Part shown: positions 15,001 through 28,249 of the stretch, piece after piece
Layout: every line of letters begins with the position of its first letter
Numbering within the stretch: position 1 is the first letter of the stretch
Origin: Heterodontus francisci
Lineage: Eukaryota
NCBI RefSeq assembly: GCF_036365525.1
Contig: NC_090378.1
Span: 122,187,593-122,251,592, forward strand
Direction of reading: 5' to 3'
Length of the DNA: 64,000 bases
Position numbers and translations under genes: made by a program
Notes under the pieces: generated by a model
What the model was told of the DNA's origin: nothing
The model's database searches: none
The model's input: only the letters and a program-made list of their open reading frames with translations

Positions 15001-18000
15001 GGATTGTGATGTTCCTGAGTACACAGACTGGATTGTGAAGTGTGATGTATCTGAGTACACAGACTGGATTGTGAAGTGTGATGTACCCGAGTACACAGAC
15101 TGGATTGTGCAGTGTGAGGTATCTGAGTACACAGACTGGATTGTGAAGTGTGATGTATCTGAGTACACAGACTGGATTGTGAAGTGTGATGTACCTGAGT
15201 ACACAGACTGGATTGTGAAGTGTGATGTATCTGAGAACACGGACTGGATTGCGAAGTGTGATGTACCTGAGTACACAGACTGGACTGTGAAGTGTGATGT
15301 ACCTGAGTACACAGACCGGATTGTGAAGTGTGATGTACCTGAGTACACGGACTGGATTGCGAAGTGTGATGTACCTGAGTACACAGAATGGATTGTGAAG
15401 TGTGATGTACCTGAGTACACAGTCTGGATTGTAAAGTGTGATGTACCTGAGTACACAGACCGGATTGTGAAGTGTGATGTACCTGAGTACACGGACTGGA
15501 TTGCGAATTGTGATGTACCTGAGTACACAGAATGGATTGTGAAGTGTGATGTACCTGAGTACACAGTCTGGATTGTGAAGTGTGATGTACCTGAGTACAC
15601 GGACTGGATTGCGAAGTGTGATGTACCTGACTACACAGATTGGATTGTGAAGGGTGATGTATCTGTGTACACAGACTGGATTGTGAAGTGTGATGTTCCT
15701 CATTACACAGACTGGATTGTGAAGTGTGATGTACCTGTGTACACAGACTGGATTGTGAAGTGTGATGTACCTGAGTACACAGACCGGATTGTGAAGTGTG
15801 ATGTACATGAGTACACAGTCAGGTTTGTGAAGTGTTATATAACTGAGTACACAGACTGGGTTGTGAAGTGTGATGTACCTGAGTACACAAACTGGATTGT
15901 GTAGTGTGATGTACCTGAGGACACAGATTGGATTGTGAAGGGTGATGTATCTGAGTATACAGACTGGATTGTGAAGTGTGATGTACCTGAGTACACAGAA
16001 CGGATTGTGAAGAGTGATGTACCTGAGTACTCAGACCGGATTGTGAAGTGTGATGTACCTGAGTACACAGACAGGATTGTGGATTGTGATGTACCTGAGT
16101 AGACAGACTGGATTGTGAAGTGTGATGTACCTGTGTACACAGACTGGATTGTGAAGTGTGATGTTCCTGAGTGCACAGACAGGATTGTGAAGTGTGATGT
16201 ACCTGAGTACACAGACTGGATTGTGAAGTGTTATATACCTGAGTACACAGACTGGATTGTGAAGTGTGATGTACCTGAGTACACAGACTGGATTGTGAAG
16301 TGTGATGTACCTGAGTACACAGACTGGATTGCGAAGTGTGACGTACCTGAGTACATAGACTGGATTGAAAAGTGTGATGTTCCTGAATACACAGACTGGA
16401 TTATGAAGTGTGATGTTCTGAGTACACAGACTGGATTGTGAAGTGTGATGTACCTGAGTACACAGACTGGATTGTGAAGTGTGATGTACCTGAGTACACA
16501 GACCGGATTGTAAAGAGTGATGTACCTGAGTACACAGAATGGATTGTGAAGTGTGATGCACCTGAGTACACAGACTGGACTGTGAATTGTGATGTACCTG
16601 AGTACACAGAACGGATTGTGAAGTGTGATGTACCTGAGTACACAGACTGGATTGTGAAGTGTGATGTTTCTGAGTACACAGACTGGATTGTGAAGTGTGA
16701 TGTACCTGAGTACACAGACTGGATTGTGAAGTGTGATGTACCTGTGTACACGGACTGGATTGCGAAGTGTGATGTACCCGAGTACACAGTCTGGATTGTG
16801 AAGTGTTATATACCTGAGTACACAGATTGCATTGTGAAGTGTGATGTACCTGAGTACACAGACTGGATTGTGAAGTGTGATGTACCTGAGTACGCAGACT
16901 GGTTTGTGAAGTGTGATGTACCTGTGTACACGGACTGGATTGCGAAGAGTGATGTACCCGAGTACACAGTCTGGATTGTGAAGTGTTATATACCTGAGTA
17001 CACAGATTGCATTGTGAAGTGTGATGTACCTGAGTACACAGACTGGATTGTGAAGTGTGATGTACCTGAGTACGCAGACTGGATTCTGAAGTGTGATGTA
17101 CCTGAGTACACAGACCGGATTGTGAAGTGTGATGTCCCTGAGTACACAGACTGGATTGTGAAGTGTGATGTACCTGAGTACACAGACTGGATTGTGAAGT
17201 GAGATGTACCTGAGTACACAGACTGGATTGTGAAGTGTGATGTACCTGTATACACAGACTGGATTGTGAAGTCTGATGTCCCTGAGGACACAAACTGGAT
17301 TGTGAAGTGAGATGTATCTGAGTACACATACTGGATTGTGAAGTGTGATGTACCCGAGTACACAGACTGGATTGTGCAGTGTGAGGTATCTGAGTACACA
17401 GACTGGATTGTGAAGTGTGATCTATCTGGGGACACAGACTGGATTGTGAAGTGTGATGTATCTGAGTACACAGACTGGATTGTGAAGTGTGATGTACCTG
17501 AGTACACAGACTGGATTGTGAAGTGTGATGTACCTGAGTACACAGACTGGATTGTGAAGAGTGATGTACCTGAGTACACAGACTGGATTGTGAAGTGTGA
17601 TGTATCTGAGTACACAGACTGGATTGTGAAGTGTGATGTACCCGAGTACACAGACTGGATTGTGCAGTGTGAGGTATCTGAGTACACAGACTGGATTGTG
17701 AAGTGTGATGTATCTGAGTACACAGACTGGATTGTGAAGTGTGATGTACCTGAGTACACAGACTGGATTGTGAAGTGTGATGTATCTGAGAACACGGACT
17801 GGATTGCGAAGTGTGATGTACCTGAGTACACAGACTGGACTGTGAAGTGTGATGTACCTGAGTACACAGACGGGATTATGAAGTGTGATGTACCTGAGTA
17901 CACGTACTGGATTGCGAAGTGTGATGTACCTGAGTACACAGAATGGATTGTGAAGTGTGATGTACCTGAGTACACAGTCTGGATTGTGAAGTGTGATGTA

Positions 18001-21000
18001 CCTGAGTACACAGACCGGATTGTGAAGTGTGATGTACCTGAGTACACGGACTGGATTGCGAAGTGTGATGTACCTGCGTACACAGAATGGATTGTGAAGT
18101 GTGATGTACCTGAGTACACAGTCTGGATTGTGAAGTGTGATGTACCTGAGTACACGGACTGGATTGCGAAGTGTGATGTACCTGACTACACAGATTGGAT
18201 TGTGAAGGGTGATGTATCTGTGTACTCAGACTGGATTGTGAAGTGTGATGTTCCTCATTACACAGACTGGATTGTGAAGTGTGATGTACCTGTGTACACA
18301 GACTGGATTGTGAAGTGTGATGTACCTGAGTACACAGACCTGATTGTGAAGTGTGATGTACATGAGTACACAGTCAGGTTTGTGAAGTGTTATATACCTG
18401 AGTACACAGACTGGGTTGTGAAGTGTGATGCACCTGAGTACACAAACTGGATTGTGTAGTGTGATGTACCTGAGTACACAGACTGGATTGTGAAGTGTGA
18501 TGTACCTGAGTGCACACACCGGATTGTGAAGTTTGATATACCTGAGTACTCAGACCGGATTGTGAAGTGTGATGTACCTGAGTACACAGACAGGATTGTG
18601 GATTGTGATGTTCCTGAGTACACAGACTGGATTGTGAAGTGTGATGTATCTGAGTACACAGACTGGATTGTGAAGTGTGATGTACCCGAGTACACAGACT
18701 GGATTGTGCAGTGTGAGGTATCTGAGTACACAGACTGGATTGTGAAGTGTGATGTATCTGAGTACACAGACTGGATTGTGAAGTGTGATGTACCTGAGTA
18801 CACAGACTGGATTGTGAAGTGTGATGTATCTGAGAACACGGACTGGATTGCAAAGTGTGATGTACCTGAGTACACAGACTGGACTGTGAAGTGTGATGTA
18901 CCTGAGTACACAGACCGGATTGTGAAGTGTGATGTACCTGAGTACACGGACTGGATTGCGAAGTGTGATGTACCTGAGTACACAGAATGGATTGTGAAGT
19001 GTGATGTACCTGAGTACACAGTCTGGATTGTGAAGTGTGATGTACCTGAGTACACAGACCGGATTGTGAAGTGTGATGTACCTGAGTACACGGACTGGAT
19101 TGCGAATTGTGATGTACCTGAGTACACAGAATGGATTGTGAAGTGTGATGTACCTGAGTACACAGTCTGGATTGTGAAGTGTGATGTACCTGAGTACACG
19201 GACTGGATTGCGAAGTGTGATGTACCTGACTACACAGATTGGATTGTGAAGGGTGATGTATCTGTGTACACAGACTGGATTGTGAAGTGTGATGTTCCTC
19301 ATTACACAGACTGGATTGTGAAGTGTGATGTACCTGTGTACACAGACTGGATTGTGAAGTGTGATGTACCTGAGTACACAGACCGGATTGTGAAGTGTGA
19401 TGTACATGAGTACACAGTCAGGTTTGTGAAGTGTTATATAACTGAGTACACAGACTGGGTTGTGAAGTGTGATGTACCTGAGTACACAAACTGGATTGTG
19501 TAGTGTGATGTACCTGAGGACACAGATTGGATTGTGAAGGGTGATGTATCTGAGTATACAGACTGGATTGTGAAGTGTGATGTACCTGAGTACACAGACT
19601 GGATTGTGAAGTGTGATGTACCTGAGTGCACACACCGGATTGTGAAGTTTGATATACCTGAGTACTCAGACCGGATTGTGAAGTGTGATGTACCTGAGTA
19701 CACAGACAGGATTGTGGATTGTGATGTTCCTGAGTACACAGACTGGATTGTGAAGTGTGATGTACCTGAGTACACAGACCGGATAGTGAAGTGTGATGTA
19801 CCTGAGTACACAGACCGGATTGTGAAGAGTGATGTACCTGAGTACACAGACCGGATTGTGAAGAGTGATTTATCTGAGTACACAGAACGGATTGTGAAGT
19901 GTGATGTACCTGAGTACACAGACAGGATTGTGAAGTGTGATGTACCTGTGTACACAGACTGGATTGTGAAGTGTGATGTTCCTGAGTGCACAGACAGGAT
20001 TGTGAAGTGTGATGTACCTGAGTACACAGACTGGATTGTGAAGTGTGATGTACCTGTGTACACGGACTGGATTGCGAAGTGTGATGTACCTGAGTACACA
20101 GTCTGGATTGTGAAGTGTGATATACCTGAGTACACAGATTGCATTGTGAAGTGTGATGTACCTGAGTACACAGAATGGATTGTGAATTGTGATGTACCTG
20201 AGTACACAGACTGGATTGTGAAGTGTGATGTACCTGAGTACACAGACTGGATTGTGAAGTGTGATGTACCTGAGTACACAGACTTGATTATGAAGTGTGA
20301 TGTACTTGAGTACACAGACCGGATTGTGAAGTGTGATGTCCCTGAGTACACAGACTGGATTGTGAAGTGTGATGTACCTGAGTACACAGACTGGATTGTG
20401 AAGTGTGATGTACCTGAGTACACAGACGGGATTGTGAAGTGTGATGTACATGAGTACACAGTCAGGTTTCTGAAGTGTTATATACCTGAGTACACAGACT
20501 GGATTGTGAAGTGTGATGTACCTGAGTACACAGACCGGATTGTGAAGTGTGATGTACATGAGTACACAGTCAGGTTTGTGAAGTTTTATATACCTGAGTA
20601 CACAGACCGGATTGTGAAGTGTGATGTACATGAGTACACAGTCAGGTTTGTGAAGTGTTATATACCTGAGTACACAGACTGGATTGTGAAGTGTGATGTA
20701 CCTGAGTACACAGACTGGATTGTGAAGTGTGATGTACCTGAGTACACAGACTGGATTGTGAAGTGTGATGTACCTGAGTACATAGACTGGATTGAAAAGT
20801 GTGATGTTCCTGAATACACAGACTGGATTATGAAGTGTGATGTTCTGAGTACACAGACTGGATTGTGAAGTGTGATGTACCTGAGTACACAGACTGGATT
20901 GTGAAGTGTGATGTATCTGAGAACACGGACTGGATTGCGAAGTGTGATGTACCTGAGTACACAGACTGGACTGTGAAGTGTGATGTACCTGAGTACACAG

Positions 21001-24000
21001 ACCGGATTGTGAAGTGTGATGTACCTGAGTACACGGACTGGATTGCGAAGTGTGATGTACCTGAGTACACAGAATGGATTGTGAAGTGTGATGTACCTGA
21101 GTACACAGTCTGGATTGTGAAGTGTGATGTACCTGAGTACACAGACCGGATTGTGAAGTGTGATGTACCTGAGTACACGGACTGGATTGCGAATTGTGAT
21201 GTACCTGAGTACACAGAATGGATTGTGAAGTGTGATGTACCTGAGTACACAGTCTGGATTGTGAAGTGTGATGCACCTGAGTACACGGACTGGATTGCGA
21301 AGTGTGATGTACCTGACTACACAGATTGGATTGTGAAGGGTGATGTATCTGTGTACACAGACTGGATTGTGAAGTGTGATGTTCCTCATTACACAGACTG
21401 GATTGTGAAGTGTGATGTACCTGTGTACACAGACTGGATTGTGAAGTGTGATGTACCTGAGTACACAGACCGGATTGTGAAGTGTGATGTACATGAGTAC
21501 ACAGTCAGGTTTGTGAAGTGTTATATAACTGAGTACACAGACTGGGTTGTGAAGTGTGATGTACCTGAGTACACAAACTGGATTGTGTAGTGTGATGTAC
21601 CTGAGGACACAGATTGGATTGTGAAGGGTGATGTATCTGAGTATACAGACTGGATTGTGAAGTGTGATGTACCTGAGTACACAGACTGGATTGTGAAGTG
21701 TGATGTACCTGAGTGCACACACCGGATTGTGAAGTTTGATATACCTGAGTACTCAGACCGGATTGTGAAGTGTGATGTACCTGAGTACACAGACAGGATT
21801 GTGGATTGTGATGTTCCTGAGTACACAGACTGGATTGTGAAGTGTGATGTACCTGAGTACACAGACCGGATTGTGAAGTGTGATGTACCTGAGTACACAG
21901 ACCGGATTGTGAAGAGTGATGTACCTGAGTACACAGACCGGATTGTGAAGAGTGATTTATCTGAGTACACAGAACGGATTGTGAAGTGTGATGTACCTGA
22001 GTACACAGACTGGATTGTGAAGTGTGATGTACCTGTGTACACAGACTGGATTGTGAAGTGTGATGTTCCTGAGTGCACAGACAGGATTGTGAAGTGTGAT
22101 GTACCTGAGTACACAGACTGGATTGTGAAGTGTGATGTACCTGTGTACACGGACTGGATTGCGAAGTGTGATGTACCTGAGTACACAGTCTGGATTGTGA
22201 AGTGTGATATACCTGAGTACACAGATTGCATTGTGAAGTGTGATGTACCTGAGTACACAGAATGGATTGTGAATTGTGATGTACCTGAGTACACAGACTG
22301 GATTGTGAAGTGTGATGTACCTGAGTACACAGACTGGATTGTGAAGTGTGATGTACCTGAGTACACAGACTTGATTATGAAGTGTGATGTACTTGAGTAC
22401 ACAGACCGGATTGTGAAGTGTGATGTCCCTGAGTACACAGACTGGATTGTGAAGTGTGATGTACCTGAGTACACAGACTGGATTGTGAAGTGTGATGTAC
22501 CTGAGTACACAGACGGGATTGTGAAGTGTGATGTACATGAGTACACAGTCAGGTTTCTGAAGTGTTATATACCTGAGTACACAGACTGGATTGTGAAGTG
22601 TGATGTACCTGAGTACACAGACCGGATTGTGAAGTGTGATGTACATGAGTACACAGTCAGGTTTGTGAAGTTTTATATACCTGAGTACACAGACCGGATT
22701 GTGAAGTGTGATGTACATGAGTACACAGTCAGGTTTGTGAAGTGTTATATACCTGAGTACACAGACTGGATTGTGAAGTGTGATGTACCTGAGTACACAG
22801 ACTGGATTGTGAAGTGTGATGTACCTGAGTACACAGACTGGATTGTGAAGTGTGATGTACCTGAGTACATAGACTGGATTGAAAAGTGTGATGTTCCTGA
22901 ATACACAGACTGGATTATGAAGTGTGATGTTCTGAGTACACAGACTGGATTGTGAAGTGTGATGTACCTGAGTACACAGACTGGATTGTGAAGTGTGATG
23001 TATCTGAGAACACGGACTGGATTGCGAAGTGTGATGTACCTGAGTACACAGACTGGACTGTGAAGTGTGATGTACCTGAGTACACAGACCGGATTGTGAA
23101 GTGTGATGTACCTGAGTACACGGACTGGATTGCGAAGTGTGATGTACCTGAGTACACAGAATGGATTGTGAAGTGTGATGTACCTGAGTACACAGTCTGG
23201 ATTGTGAAGTGTGATGTACCTGAGTACACGGACTGGATTGCGAAGTGTGATGTACCTGACTACACAGATTGGATTGTGAAGGGTGATGTATCTGTGTACA
23301 CAGACTGGATTGTGAAGTGTGATGTTCCTCATTACACAGACTGGATTGTGAAGTGTGATGTACCTGTGTACACAGACTGGATTGTGAAGTGTGATGTACC
23401 TGAGTACACAGACCGGATTGTGAAGTGTGATGTACCTGAGTACACAGACTGGATTGTGAAGTGTGATGTACCTGAGTACACAGACTGGATTGTGAAGTGT
23501 GATGTACCTGAGTACACAGACTGGATTATGAAGTGTGATGTACTTGAGTACACAGACCGGATTGTGAAGTGTGATGTCCCTGAGTACACAGACTGGATTG
23601 TGAAGTGTGATGTACCTGAGTACACAGACTGGATTGTGAAGTGTGATGTACCTGAGTACACAGACGGGATTGTGAAGTGTGATGTACATGAGTACACAGT
23701 CAGGTTTCTGAAGTGTTATATACCTGAGTACACAGACTGGATTGTGAAGTGTGATGTACCTGAGTACACAGACCGGATTGTGAAGTGTGATGTACATGAG
23801 TACACAGTCAGGTTTGTGAAGTTTTATATACCTGAGTACACAGACCGGATTGTGAAGTGTGATGTACATGAGTACACAGTCAGGTTTGTGAAGTGTTATA
23901 TACCTGAGTACACAGACTGGATTGTGAAGTGTGATGTACCTGAGTACACAGACTGGATTGTGAAGTGTGATGTACCTGAGTACACAGACTGGATTGTGAA

Positions 24001-25000
24001 GTGTGATGTACCTGAGTACATAGACTGGATTGAAAAGTTTGATGTTCCTGAATACACAGACTGGATTATGAAGTGTGATGTTCTGAGTACACAGACTGGA
24101 TTGTGAAGTGTGATGTACCTGAGTACACAGACTGGATTGTGAAGTGTGATGTACCTGAGTACACAGACCGGATTGTAAAGAGTGATGTACCTGAGTACAC
24201 AGAATGGATTGTGAAGTGTGATGCACCTGAGTACACAGACTGGACTGTGAATTGTGATGTACCTGAGTACACAGAACGGATTGTGAAATGTGATGTACCT
24301 GAGTACACAGACTGGATTGTGAAGTGTGATGTACCTGAGTACACAGACTGGATTGTGAAGTGTGATGTACCTGTGTACACGGACTGGATTGCGAAGTGTG
24401 ATGTACCCGAGTACACAGTCTGGATTGTGAAGTGTGATGTACCCGAGTACACAGACTGGATTGTGCAGTGTGAGGTTTCTGAGTACACAGACTGGATTGT
24501 GAAGTGTGATGTATCTGAGTACACAGACTTGATTGTGAAGTGTGATGTATCTGAGTACACAGACTGGATTGTGAAGTGTGATGTATCTGAGTACACAGAC
24601 TGGTTTGTGCAGTGTGATGTATCTGAGTACACAGACTGGATTGTGAAGAGTGATGTACCTGAGTACACAGACTGGATTGTGAAGTGTGATGTCCCTGAGT
24701 AAACAGACTGGATTGTGAAGTCTGATGTCCCTGAGTACACAAACTGGATTGTGAAGTGAGATGTATCAGAATACACAGACTGGATTGTGAAGTGTGATTT
24801 ATCTGAGTACACAGACTGGATTGTGAAGTGTGATGTACCTGAGTACACAGACTGGATTGTGAAGTGTGATGTACCTGATTACACAGACTGGATTGTGAAG
24901 TGTGATGTATCTGAGTTCACGGACTGGATTGTGAAGTGTGATATACCTGATTACACAGACTGGATTGTGAAGTGTGATGTACCTGAGTACACAGACTGGA
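1..25000. repeat. 36-bp tandem satellite, consensus GTGATGTACCTGAGTACACAGACTGGATTGTGAAGT, ~695 copies, continues past the left edge
   Basis: Head-to-tail 36-bp units are visible directly, with point variants and occasional 35-bp units (e.g. gatgttctgag near 7491 and 12885). The array ends abruptly at ...acagactgga 25000. Confidence 0.98.
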
Positions 25001-25004
25001 GAGC

Positions 25005-25229
25005 AGAGAGAGGGCTCCCAGGGTTCCCAATGTGACACTGGAGACATGAAAAGAATAGTTACAAAGGAGGAGAAAATCATTGTTTGCACAAGGTGCCAGG
25101 AGGCCCTCAAAGCAAAATGCTGAGAAGAGAATGGGAGCGATGACCAGGGAGGTCAATTCCTGCAGTCTGGACCTGAGGACCTGACAGTAATGTCGTGGGA
25201 AGTTCAGTGACCTCTCAGGGGTGGTCAAG
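25005..25229 (+). pseudogene. Decayed Myb/SANT-like DNA-binding domain (NAIF1/MSANTD-like), probably the PIF/Harbinger transposon Myb-like ORF
   Basis: Manual translation with two frameshifts gives RERAPRVPNVTLET*KE*LQRRRKSLFAQGARRPSKQ/MLRREWE/MTREVNSCSLDLRT*Q*CRGKFSDLSGVVK, followed by a gtcagt donor-like site. This fits the R-x-P-x-F...L-F...W...VN...RT-W-Q-Q-C-R-x-K-F-x-D-L pattern of the family (recognised from memory). Confidence 0.7.
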
Positions 25230-26296
25230 GTCAGTGAATGTATCTTCACAGGACATCTCCCACCAAGCACAGCACCAACCTCTTCTGCTGCTCATTGTAC
25301 CACACCCCCATCACTCACCCAGTAACAATCCCTGGCACTCAGGACTCACTCCTGACAGTCAGATTCTCCACCTCATCCTCACACTCCCACCAATGCCTCC
25401 TGACCACCCCGCACACACCCCACCCTCCCCCCACTCCGAGGATCCATAATGTCTTTCTTCCTAACCACCTTCACCGCTGATGCCTCCAGCATCACATCCA
25501 TCATGCCAGCATTCAGTTTGAAACCATTTCAATTGCATTAATATTATTCAGTTCAGATTTCCTTTAAAAGGGACAGCCTGCCATTAAGAAGAGCAGGCTG
25601 ACTGCAAAACATGGGTCAGGAGTTTATCCAGGTGACAGGGTCCCGACTCCAGCAAAAGACCCACCAAGAGCCCCGCGTTTCTCCTTCTGTGAGAGGCTCA
25701 CCAAATAAAGTACCAATTAGGCGCGTAACTGGACAGCAGTGGACCTTTCACGGGATCAAGGACCACACTGAAGTCCCGCCCTCTGAGAACTGCCGGCCAA
25801 TCAGAGGAACTGAGCAAAGCCACAGTGGAGGCAGTGGCTGCTGACAGTGGAGAACCAACCCGAGGCCTCGGAGCGGTGCAGGAACCAGGTCACAGGTAGG
25901 TCAGGGCAGGAGTGGTTCCGTGGGGTGGGGGTCATATGGGAGAGGTGTGTAGGGGGGGTCAGCATCAAGGGAAGGGGGGTTGACTCTCAGCGGGCCCCCA
26001 TTCCCGATACTGGGTTCCGTGTTCAGGCACGAAGTGTCTTTTAACAAGGGACTCTCCCCTCCCCAAACGGAGCCAGGAAGCAACTCGCACGGTTTTTCTT
26101 GTCATGCTCCCCGTGTGGCGACAGGCCCCGCCCACAGCTGGGCTAATTGTGGTGGCAGTGCAATGAGGTAATTGGGAATTAATTACCCTCTAAAGGGCCT
26201 TAATTGGCGGTGGTCCCTCCCCCGTCACCATCCCACCTGATTATCGGCTCTCCCACCTCCAAACCCGCCATGGGGGAGGGAATAAAAGTCCCCCCA
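25230..26296. mobile_element. Degenerate non-autonomous DNA transposon sequence (Harbinger/MITE-like)
   Basis: Follows the Myb-like fragment and ends in a GC-rich subterminal block with taaaagtccccc near 26290, like the termini at ~53376, ~56399 and ~57092. Boundaries are approximate. Confidence 0.4.
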
Positions 26297-26604
26297 TGGT
26301 TTGTGAACAACACGACTGGGACCGCCTGAGGAACACAGAGACTGTCATCAGTGTCTGTAAACAATTTCTAATCATCTTGTTCACATCTTGTTTACTCAAT
26401 TCTGCTTTTTGGTAAAATATAAAATCTACATCTCAACATTGTCCAACTTTAGCACAGCCTGTCTGTATATATTACTCAGCAGGATATATCTTCACTGAGA
26501 AGGAGACCTTTTTAACTATAATAATGACACATCTCTGATAATCATCTTCATAATTCTTTTATTGTATCTTTCATCCATTCTGTGTTTATTTGCAGAAAGC
26601 TCTG

Positions 26605-28119
26605 GAGGGAGGGATGGAGATCAGATAGAGGGAGGGATGGAGCTCAGATAGAGGGAGGGATGGAGCTCAGATAGAGGGAGGGATGGAGATCAGATAGAGG
26701 GAGGGATGGAGATCAGATAGAGGGAGGGATGGAGATCAGATAGAGGGAGGGATGGAGCTCAGATAGAGGGAGGGATGGAGATCAGATAGAGGGAGGGATG
26801 GAGATCAGATAGAGGGAGGGATGGAGCTCAGATAGAGGGAGGGATGGAGATCAGATAGAGGGAGGGATGGAGATCAGATAGAGGGAGGGATGGAGATCAG
26901 ATAGAGGGAGGGATGGAGCTCAGATAGAGGGAGGGATGGAGATCAGATAGAGGGAGGGATGGAGATCAGATAGAGGGAGGGATGGAGATCAGATAGAGGG
27001 AGGGATGGAGATCAGATAGAGGGAGGGATGGAGCTCAGATAGAGGGAGGGATGGAGATCAGATAGAGGGAGGGATGGAGATCAGATAGAGGGAGGGATGG
27101 GGATCAGATAGAGGGAGGGATGGAGCTCAGATAGAGGGAGGGATGGAGATCAGATAGAGGGAGGGATGGAGATCAGATAGAGGGAGGGATGGAGATCAGA
27201 TAGAGGGAGGGATGGAGATCAGATAGAGGGAGGGATGGAGCTCAGATAGAGGGAGGGATGGAGATCAGATAGAGGGAGGGATGGAGCTCAGAAAGAGGGA
27301 GGGATGGAGCTCAGATAGAGCGAGGGATGGAGATCAGATAGAGGGAGGGATGGAGCTCAGATAGAGGGATGGATGGAGATCAGATAGAGGGAGGGATGGA
27401 GCTCAGATAGAGGGAGGGATGGAGCTCAGACAGAGGGAGGGATGGAGATCAGATAGAGGGAGGGATGGAGGTCAGATAGAGGGAGGGATGGAGGTCAGAT
27501 AGAGGGAGGGATGGAGATCAGATAGAGGGAGGGATGGAGATCAGATAGAGGGAGGGATGGAGCTCAGATAGAGGGAGGGATGGAGATCAGATAGAGGGAG
27601 GGATGGAGATCAGATAGAGGGAGGGATGGAGCTCAGATAGAGGGAGGGATGGAGATCAGATAGAGGGAGGGATGGAGCTCAGATAGAGGGAGGGATGGAG
27701 ATCAGATAGAGGGAGGGATGGAGCTCAGAAAGAAGGAGGGATGGAGCTCAGATAGAGGGAGGGATGGAGATCAGATAGAGGGAGGGATGGAGCTCAGACA
27801 GAGGGATGGATGGAGATCAGATAGAGGGAGGGATGGAGCGCAGATAGAGGGAGGGATGGAGATCAGATAGAGGGAGGGATGGAGGTCAGATAGAGGGAGG
27901 CATGGAGGTCAGATAGAGGGAGGGATGGAGCTCAGACAGAGGGATGGATGGAGATCAGATAGAGGGAGGGATGGAGCTCAGATAGAGGGAGGGATGGAGG
28001 TCAGATAGAGGGAGGGATGGAGGTCAGATAGAGGGAGGCATGGAGGTCAGATAGAGGGAGGGATGGAGATCAGATAGAGAGAGGGATGGAGGTCAGATAG
28101 AGGGAGGGATGGAGGTCAG
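26605..28119. repeat. 23-bp G/purine-rich minisatellite, GGGAGGGATGGAG(A/C/G)TCAGATAGA, ~66 copies
   Basis: Tandem units are visible directly. The + strand has 11 G and 1 C per consensus unit. Confidence 0.97.
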
Positions 28120-28249
28120 GGAGGTGTGTATCTGAGAGAAAAGAGGATGTCTCTTCACCAATCCATGCAGCTCCCTGCTCCCCCATCCTGAGGACAGACT
28201 CCACGATTACATTTTGATGGTTTTCACCTTTTACTTTTTACTGATATGA

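Noticed and set aside
1-25000. Very long ORFs (up to ~1450 aa) of KCDVPEYTDWIV, SGTSHFTIQSVY, HHTSQSSLCTQV and LRYITLHNPVCV repeats
   Set aside because: The 36-bp unit is a multiple of 3 and stop-free in four frames. Stops and 1-nt deletions occur and are copied in the duplications, most 'starts' are GTG, and there is no promoter or splice context. This is a satellite artefact.
1-25000. The 36-mer contains ACAGACTGGA, as in the commonly used mouse-derived 12-RSS spacer (CTACAGACTGGA)
   Set aside because: There is no properly placed CAC heptamer or nonamer, and the local shark RSS spacer is different. Treated as coincidence.
26560-26660. Acceptor-like tgtgtttatttgcag directly before the 23-bp array
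   Set aside because: All frames hit TAG within a few units and no matching exon partner is visible.
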